In this document: piece by piece, positions 57,877 through 64,000 of the stretch
Numbering within the stretch: the first letter of the stretch is position 1
Layout: each line of letters opens with the position of its first letter
Source of the DNA: Candidatus Zambryskibacteria bacterium RIFCSPLOWO2_01_FULL_39_39
GTDB taxonomy: Bacteria; Patescibacteriota; Minisyncoccia; Phycocordibacterales; WO2-35-19
DNA: 64,000 nucleotides
Reading direction: 5' to 3'
Assembly: GCA_001823925.1 (NCBI GenBank)
Contig: MHWB01000013.1
Span: 9,338-73,337 of the forward strand
The notes under the pieces: model-generated
The model's database searches: none
Told to the model about the DNA's origin: nothing
What the model saw: only the letters and a program-made list of their open reading frames with translations
Program-made: the position numbers and the translations under genes

Positions 57877-59289
57877 CTACAGATTGGCAAGACGATCAAG
57901 GTAAGGTTTGGCCTCAGGGCCAAAAGCTTTCCTTATCCTCACCGCGAACATTCTTCGGAAACCACCACTGGTACGCGAGAGCACTGCTCTCAGGGAACTA
58001 CCAAGAGCGGGCTTGTAGTAACCGAAATCTTTCTTCAGCAACTTCTCCCAAGTCCCGTTTTTCCACTTACCGCCCTGGGACTTCTTTAACTCAAGAGTCT
58101 TGAGTGCCCATGTGACTTGCTCGCGCGCATCAAGATCTTCCCACTTTCTCCGTTTCAGTGGCTTTCCGAGTGCCGGTTCCGCTGTTTTTGTCGGTTCTGT
58201 CTCTGCGATCGATGACTCCTGGGTGGGGGCGGGAGTTTCCTTTTCAACAACCTCATCAACATTTACCTCACCAACCACTCCCTTCAGGGATTCGATGATG
58301 GTGTCGAGCCTCTGGCTCTTTAGCAAAAGATCGTTATACTCTATCAATACATCTCCTCCGACCATGCTCGCGAGCGTAGCGAGTTTTGATGTCTGTGGTG
58401 TCATAGCCACTTCTCCTTTCACAACTTTTTCGGTTTTCTGAACAATTGGTGTTGCATCAATGGCAGATTTGACTTCAATAAAGTCATCTCCATTGGCAAA
58501 AAATAGTGGACTCTTTGTCCAGACTCTTGCGAAAGCTAGTTCTTCTCCTTTGCGACCCCCTGGTTTGAATTCGAAGCGGAAAAAATACGTCCGCATCCTA
58601 AATGGCCGCTCTTTATAGCGACTCACGTACACGTATCTCTCCACGATTACTGGTATCCAAGGGAAACCTCGGATCTTCAATAATTCTGTAAGTTCTACGA
58701 GTAAGCCGAATTCACGCTTTGCTCCTTTCTCAGGATCGAAAGGCTTGATAAAAGCTCGGGTATTCTTTCTGGTTGGAATAAGTCGCTGTTGGTAGAGGAT
58801 ATCTTCAAAGATATTTTCTGTTTGACTCCCAAAAATTTTTTTAGCGCGTCTTTGGAAATCTGGCCACTTCTCAAGCGCCGGGTTTCTGCGAGCGTCGGCA
58901 ATTGTAATCGCTAAGCATCGCCCTTTACTTTTGAGGACAAGGGGTAGCGCTGGAGCAAAGTTTGCAATTGTTGAATTAGAGAAAGTGCCGCACAAGTCCA
59001 GATGAAATCCATCCACAAATGCGTGGTCTTCTCCATGACCCGCCAAGATCTGATCGAAGGTGCCTAGTTGGTTCTGAGTTCTGTACCGATGACCTCCGAT
59101 CAACTTAGCGCTAAGTTTGCGATTGCGCTCGATGAGCCAACCATTTCCGTCGGGGATACCGAGCTCTGACCAAATCTTGGCTTCGAGTCCGTGCCCTCCA
59201 AGAGTTGCAAGTTGTGCCTCCTTCAGAGGAAGATACCGTGAGACTAATTCTAAAAATGACCTGACAACTTGCCCCTTAAGACTTTCCAT
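57877..59289 (-). CDS. Hypothetical protein with a SAM-methyltransferase-like N-terminal domain
   Basis: ATLGGHGLE, WLIERN and DGFHLDLCG resemble Rossmann MTase motifs; low-complexity linker; basic helical C-domain. Confidence 0.6.
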   Translation of the reverse strand: MESLKGQVVRSFLELVSRYLPLKEAQLATLGGHGLEAKIWSELGIPDGNGWLIERNRKLSAKLIGGHRYRTQNQLGTFDQILAGHGEDHAFVDGFHLDLCGTFSNSTIANFAPALPLVLKSKGRCLAITIADARRNPALEKWPDFQRRAKKIFGSQTENIFEDILYQQRLIPTRKNTRAFIKPFDPEKGAKREFGLLVELTELLKIRGFPWIPVIVERYVYVSRYKERPFRMRTYFFRFEFKPGGRKGEELAFARVWTKSPLFFANGDDFIEVKSAIDATPIVQKTEKVVKGEVAMTPQTSKLATLASMVGGDVLIEYNDLLLKSQRLDTIIESLKGVVGEVNVDEVVEKETPAPTQESSIAETEPTKTAEPALGKPLKRRKWEDLDAREQVTWALKTLELKKSQGGKWKNGTWEKLLKKDFGYYKPALGSSLRAVLSRTSGGFRRMFAVRIRKAFGPEAKPYLDRLANL

Positions 59290-59347
59290 AAGATTTCCCC
59301 CTTTCCTCCATAGTATGTCAAAAATCTACTTGAGATTTCTGAGGGGT

Positions 59348-59408
59348 ATTATAACTAAGTGGATTATTTTTGTCAATACATTGACATTGTAATAAAAAAA
59401 TATATAAT
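59348..59408. promoter_or_regulatory. Back-to-back sigma70 promoters
   Basis: Plus strand TTGACA (59381)-16 nt-TATAAT (59403); minus strand TTGACA (59376)-17 nt-TATAAT (59353). Confidence 0.8.
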
Positions 59409-59435
59409 ACAGATAGAAAAAAGGGAGAACATTTC

Positions 59436-60170
59436 ATGATACCAAAGAAAAAAAATACTTCATCGTCGGGTGAATCTCTGCCCAAAGTTACAGAATTGCG
59501 CAACGAAAAAGAAATTGTCCGCGCTGTTTCGTACACTGAAGAAGAGCTGGCTACACACCTAGATCCAGAAACTTCAGATACGGCAGATTCAGAATCAAAG
59601 AGTTTAATTTTGCGTGGTTTACTTGGGGTGGTGAAAAATATCGGTCTCGGGCAAACCAATTATGAGCTCTCTTTAAGCATTGACGGATTAATCCACATCA
59701 TAACTGAACTTGATAGAGCTGCTCTCGATTTGGTAGCTGGCGCAGAGGCGCAGGTGGCAGAATTTGCAACAGAGCTCGAAAAATCTCAGGAGAAGAAGTT
59801 GACTCTGCCGACGCTGTCTCTCGCCGAGATTACCGTCGAACTCAAGCGCCGCGACGAGATACGAGAAAGAGTCTCTTCTATCCAAGAGGGGCTCGAGAAC
59901 GAGTGTGATTCGATAATTGAGGAGATCAGAACATTTGATCAGCTCCTGCAGCATAATGTGTCAAGCGATCCTAAAATCACGAAGATGAGAAGGGATCAAT
60001 TGGGGCAAAAGCTACAGAGTTTGAGCAAGACTGTTGATGGTATCGTCGGAGCCATATCCGATAACGATCGTAAAGTCGAAGCTCTGCTTGCTTACGAAAA
60101 CGCTGTAAAGCTCGTGAGTGAAGGGCTACCGGAAGGCATTATCGGCGAAGAGATCAGTCTCGGAAAGTAA
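59436..60170 (+). CDS. Coiled-coil hypothetical protein
   Basis: 244-aa helical ORF with promoter, GGGAG RBS and downstream hairpin. Confidence 0.75.
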   Translation: MIPKKKNTSSSGESLPKVTELRNEKEIVRAVSYTEEELATHLDPETSDTADSESKSLILRGLLGVVKNIGLGQTNYELSLSIDGLIHIITELDRAALDLVAGAEAQVAEFATELEKSQEKKLTLPTLSLAEITVELKRRDEIRERVSSIQEGLENECDSIIEEIRTFDQLLQHNVSSDPKITKMRRDQLGQKLQSLSKTVDGIVGAISDNDRKVEALLAYENAVKLVSEGLPEGIIGEEISLGK

Positions 60171-60178
60171 CCGAGTAG

Positions 60179-60214
60179 AAAACAACCCCAAGACCATATG
60201 GCCCTGGGGTTTTT
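60179..60214. terminator. Bidirectional terminator
   Basis: AAAACAACCCCA...TGGGGTTTTTG between convergent genes. Confidence 0.6.
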
Positions 60215-60230
60215 GTATCCATCTAGGAAA

Positions 60231-61742
60231 TTACTTGAGGAACTCGCTCCGAATCTTGTTTGCAAACAGAGTCGCTTCGTTCGGATCGCGAGGGAACTTG
60301 CTTTTGCCGATCGCAGCCAGCACCTGCATGAGGCAGTGTTCGCGTCGGGCCTGCTTGGTTTCTGGCAACGCCTTGTACCCACCCCGCACGTTGGTGAAGA
60401 TCACCTTCGGATTGTTGGGGTTGACTTGGGCAAAAACGAACGGATGGAGAGTTTGTCCACGATAGAGATTATAAATCTCATCATGAACTCTGATCGAGAT
60501 ATACCGACGATACTTATCACCTGCCGGCGTGGGTTCTCCACCACCACTGGGCTTCGGACCATCGGTCGGCTCCTTGGGTTTTGGATCCCGCGGTTTCCTG
60601 GTGCCCCCCTCAGAGATATTCTCTCCGTCGGGTTCACCGAATCGATCATTGAACATCTCCGCGAGTTCGTCGAGCGTCTCCGCGGCATTACCACGGATAG
60701 CATCGCGCTCGATAAGCTGCTTCGAGACTGGAGCGACTTGGCTGATCAAAAACATCAAGAGCTTTGACCACTCCTTATTGCCCTTGCGAGTGAACTCCTT
60801 CGCCAAAGTGCTTCGCGCCGTATTCTGGTAGCGAAGCAATCCTGGAGCAAAGATGTCACCTACAAGATCGGGGTACCATAGCGGGTCGGGCAAAAGTCGC
60901 CCGAGCTTTTGGCAGCTTGCAACACGAAACCCAGTCTCGTCATCGCAAAGCCACACGCCATCGCTCTCGGTATTACCTACTCCAAGTCGGGCGCGATAAC
61001 GTCCGTCCTGGGAGGTAATGTTGATGTCCATCTCAAGTGGCGGAGGCCCATAAGTTTTACCACCGATGAGAAGATCGAACATCTTATCCTGTTCGCGAGG
61101 CAAGAGCCATTTCACAGCATCGTAAATTTCGCCGTGGCTCTGGAAGATCGGGGTCGGAATGATAATCGAAGTAAACGAGCCCGGAATATTCTTCAGCGAA
61201 CCCATTTCCGTCGAAGTCGGGGAAATGAAACGCTCGGTCTCAAATCCCTGCTCCGTCTCCGCTCTCTCCGGGATAACCGGTACAAACCTGACTTCACCGG
61301 ACTTGGAAGTTCGGGAAAGTAGATAGTAACCATGTTTGATCCGGGTCATGATGTCGTCATGCAAGCAGTTCTCATTCAGGGCAAGAGCGGCAAGCCGTCC
61401 GATACCTTTTTGAGAAGCTCCATTGTAGGAGCCATTTTGATGCTGCCTGAGTTGGGCAAGTGGCGTACCAAGCCAATTAAAATATCGCTCGAGTGCCGGA
61501 TCGGTGAGACCGCATCCGTGATCGAGGATAACGAGTGCTACACCCTTGCTCGGGGACAGTGGATGATTCGGAACGAGCGAAACTTCAATCTTCGCCCGCT
61601 TCGGCTCCCACTTGTTGGTTGGCATGCTGGCCACCAGCGAGTTGCGGATGAGTTCCATCACTCGCTGGCCTTCGCTCTCATAGAGACCGGTAGCCAGGTT
61701 GTCCACCATGTGGAAAGCCGTCACTTTCATTTGAAGCTTCAT
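60231..61742 (-). CDS. GHKL (Hsp90/MORC-like) ATPase
   Basis: LY...MELIRNS, LDHGCGL and SQKGIGRLA motifs; Pro/Lys linker; C-terminal domain. Confidence 0.8.
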   Translation of the reverse strand: MKLQMKVTAFHMVDNLATGLYESEGQRVMELIRNSLVASMPTNKWEPKRAKIEVSLVPNHPLSPSKGVALVILDHGCGLTDPALERYFNWLGTPLAQLRQHQNGSYNGASQKGIGRLAALALNENCLHDDIMTRIKHGYYLLSRTSKSGEVRFVPVIPERAETEQGFETERFISPTSTEMGSLKNIPGSFTSIIIPTPIFQSHGEIYDAVKWLLPREQDKMFDLLIGGKTYGPPPLEMDINITSQDGRYRARLGVGNTESDGVWLCDDETGFRVASCQKLGRLLPDPLWYPDLVGDIFAPGLLRYQNTARSTLAKEFTRKGNKEWSKLLMFLISQVAPVSKQLIERDAIRGNAAETLDELAEMFNDRFGEPDGENISEGGTRKPRDPKPKEPTDGPKPSGGGEPTPAGDKYRRYISIRVHDEIYNLYRGQTLHPFVFAQVNPNNPKVIFTNVRGGYKALPETKQARREHCLMQVLAAIGKSKFPRDPNEATLFANKIRSEFLK

Positions 61743-62398
61743 AAACTTTTTCTCCTTTTCAATGTTTTAAATCCGAGATCTCGCAAATCTTCGCGAGTCA
61801 CCGGCTGGCTACGAGTCATATCTGGCTCAGGAAAAACTGCTTTGATACCGAACGCCTTGCAAGTGCGCGTGAGCGCATCACAAATTTGCATCCGGTCGCC
61901 GTCGTAAACATCGGAAGGCCTGACGCCCGTCTCGATGATGAGACCTACAAGTGAATTGAACAATGTGATGGTGTGGTCGATTAGTTTTCGAGCCGCACCA
62001 GAAGTGCTTGGCTCACTCATTTGCCTCTCCCGATAAATCTCTTCCGGAATTTTTTCGATCGGTTTTTCAATTTCTACTTTCAGAGTGCCGTTTGCGATTT
62101 GACTCAATGTCCTGAGGACTAGTCGGATGTCGTCTGCTCTCATTGGCTCGCCGTTAAGCCAGCCTCTTACTTTTTGAAATCCTTCGCCTTGTATTTTCAA
62201 ACAATGGCGAGTGAATTTTCTCACAGCATTACGACTGTTGACCGCATTGTGCGGGGAGATCACTTGGATTGCCCGCCTCAACTGCTCCATCATTTTAGAG
62301 AAATCCCAATCGAACATATTTTCACTGATCTCGTGCGCAACAGATTCTTTGGCGTCTTCAAACACTTCTGTTTGGCTTCTAGTTTGTTCGTTTTCCAC
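61739..62398 (-). CDS. Hypothetical protein, translationally coupled to the GHKL ATPase
   Basis: GGAGG RBS; 4-nt overlap with the ATPase start. Confidence 0.75.
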   Translation of the reverse strand: MENEQTRSQTEVFEDAKESVAHEISENMFDWDFSKMMEQLRRAIQVISPHNAVNSRNAVRKFTRHCLKIQGEGFQKVRGWLNGEPMRADDIRLVLRTLSQIANGTLKVEIEKPIEKIPEEIYRERQMSEPSTSGAARKLIDHTITLFNSLVGLIIETGVRPSDVYDGDRMQICDALTRTCKAFGIKAVFPEPDMTRSQPVTREDLRDLGFKTLKRRKSL

Positions 62399-62558
62399 GT
62401 TTACCTCCTAGCATTGTGGATTGTAAAATAACATTCTCAAGTCCAGCTTGAGTTATTGCACGATATACTATTTCACACACAATGTCAACTCTCAAAATTT
62501 ATATAAAAATAAGCCGTGGATTCTGTGATCCACGGCCGTCTTGCACTCCTTACTCAAC

Positions 62559-63356
62559 TTATTTGGTCTGGGCGCCTCTAATTAAGGTACCCAAATTATT
62601 AATGGTGCTGGTGAGACGTTCAACTTCTCCATTCAGTCTCACGTTCTCCTCTGTCAGGGCCTTGTTTTCTCTGGCGATCAAATGTGCTTTCCGAAGCAAC
62701 TCTTCGGTTTCCGCAAGTTTTTCACCCTTTACCCTGAGCTCTTCGCGTAGCCTGTCGCATTCGATAGTTGTCGCCCTGACTTCGTCGGCAATGACGAGGA
62801 CAGCCAGTTGAGCTCCCTCCACAACACTGTTGAAGTTATTAAGTGCATCAAGTGCCGCCGCAACATTTTCGGGATTTTGAGGAGCTGGAGTGGGTGTATC
62901 GTCTGAACTTGAAGCTGGACTCTCCGAGACCTCAAATCTTTCAACTGGTGGGGGAGGGGTTGCTTCAAAAACTACCTCAGCGGGGGTGGAAGAACTTTTC
63001 CCATTATTTCCATTATTCTTTTCTCTCACCTGAGCAAGCAGGTTGAGGACCGCCTTGGCCTCACCAACAGCAAGGGCTTGTTGTATGCAGAGCACCCTTG
63101 AATTTTCTGCTGATTGGCGGACATTTGCCAAAGTTCCCGGAACAAGCCCCGCCATAGTTAGAACAATGGTGGCTTTGCTTGGGACGCTGGTTACGTGTGC
63201 ACGCCACTCAGCTCTGATCCAGTCGCCCTCTCGATTCAGTTCTTTTACTAGGCTTTTCAGTTGACCTATCCCTCTTTCATCATCTTTACCAACTAAGAAG
63301 ACGATGTCGTCTTTTGATAGGGAAGTTGGTAGTTGGTCTAAGATTCCTGGTCTCAT
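62559..63356 (-). CDS. Hypothetical protein (alpha/beta N-domain, Pro-rich linker, coiled coil)
   Basis: 265-aa ORF, GAGGAG RBS, own promoter-like elements and downstream hairpin. Confidence 0.75.
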   Translation of the reverse strand: MRPGILDQLPTSLSKDDIVFLVGKDDERGIGQLKSLVKELNREGDWIRAEWRAHVTSVPSKATIVLTMAGLVPGTLANVRQSAENSRVLCIQQALAVGEAKAVLNLLAQVREKNNGNNGKSSSTPAEVVFEATPPPPVERFEVSESPASSSDDTPTPAPQNPENVAAALDALNNFNSVVEGAQLAVLVIADEVRATTIECDRLREELRVKGEKLAETEELLRKAHLIARENKALTEENVRLNGEVERLTSTINNLGTLIRGAQTK

Positions 63357-63478
63357 TTATTTCTCCTCTCTGATTCCAGAGCCAATATAACTTACGTATC
63401 TTTATTTGTCAACAATGTGAATCATTTGATATTATGGTATAAAATCATTGGAAGCTCAGGAGTTATAAGGAGAAATCT

Positions 63479-63706
63479 ATGTCTCATTTTGTTTCCGGAT
63501 CATGCGAAGGAGAAAAGTGTCGAATGTGCAAAGATCCTACTCCCGCGACCCACAAAGTGGGGGAGGAAATCTTGTCAGACGATCCGAATCCAATTCGCCA
63601 CAATCTTACGGCATATGTCTGCTGTTTGCACTTTGGCCAGATCTTCGGGCCGGTTGCTCAGCAAGCTTGTTTAGAAAACAAAATATTGTGGGATTTCAAA
63701 GGATAG
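63479..63706 (+). CDS. Small putative zinc-binding protein
   Basis: CRMC...H...CCLH; AAGGAG RBS. Confidence 0.55.
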   Translation: MSHFVSGSCEGEKCRMCKDPTPATHKVGEEILSDDPNPIRHNLTAYVCCLHFGQIFGPVAQQACLENKILWDFKG

Positions 63707-64000
63707 AATTACAAAAAGGCGTTGCCAACAGAAGGCGACGCCGGATTTTTTATAGATATTCCTTAACTTACACAGAATACCTATATTTTACCTTCCCCAA
63801 AATCCATAGTCTTTGTGAAGTCTCTGTAGAGCATCGTGCATCACGCAAAATCCCTCATTACTCAAACCTGCTCGACGAAGCGCTTCCAGTTTTGCAAAAC
63901 TATGTCTATTCATTCCCGCTCGTAATTCACTGGATTTCCAATAAATACTTGAGTAGATGTAGTAGGGTAGGAAAATCGTCGACTTGATCAGATTACACAT

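Noticed and set aside
57756-58103. Plus-strand ORFs after 57756
   Set aside because: They largely overlap the 3' end of the 470-aa minus-strand gene and lack recognisable features.
60092-61907. Long plus-strand ORFs (60198-60767, 60909-61322, 61332-61907)
   Set aside because: Antisense shadows of the GHKL ATPase gene in GC-rich DNA, with no motifs.
63502-64000. ORFs at the right edge
   Set aside because: No motifs or consistent RBS, and truncated by the window; cannot be supported.

Overview
A low-GC bacterial chromosome segment whose gene content suggests a Patescibacteria/CPR (Parcubacteria-like) genome; the taxonomy is inference. It carries housekeeping genes (rel, topA, dprA, serS, fmt, def, priA, two mreB, frr, rseP, proS, mreC, mrdA, murF, ddl, greA, class I lysS, mraZ-rsmH-ftsL-ftsI, tgt, truB, rplU, recR, dnaB, htpX), tRNA-Asn and tRNA-Glu, a DpnI-like nuclease, and a more GC-rich accessory block at about 57.5-63.7 kb with a GHKL ATPase and a methyltransferase-like ORF. 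The most striking signal is a set of palindromic DNA elements inserted in frame inside essential genes (topA twice, dus twice, fmt, priA, rseP, truB, tgt). One family (CCCTCYCC-loop-GGRGAGGG hairpin ends) flanks two divergent DUF559 endonucleases: one is fused in frame inside tgt, the other is free-standing with a passenger gene. The same ends also occur without the nuclease. This looks like an autonomous/non-autonomous mobile element system built on a DUF559 nuclease rather than a known transposase. No rRNA, CRISPR array, integrase or canonical transposase was seen. All calls come from reading motifs by eye; no database searches were run.
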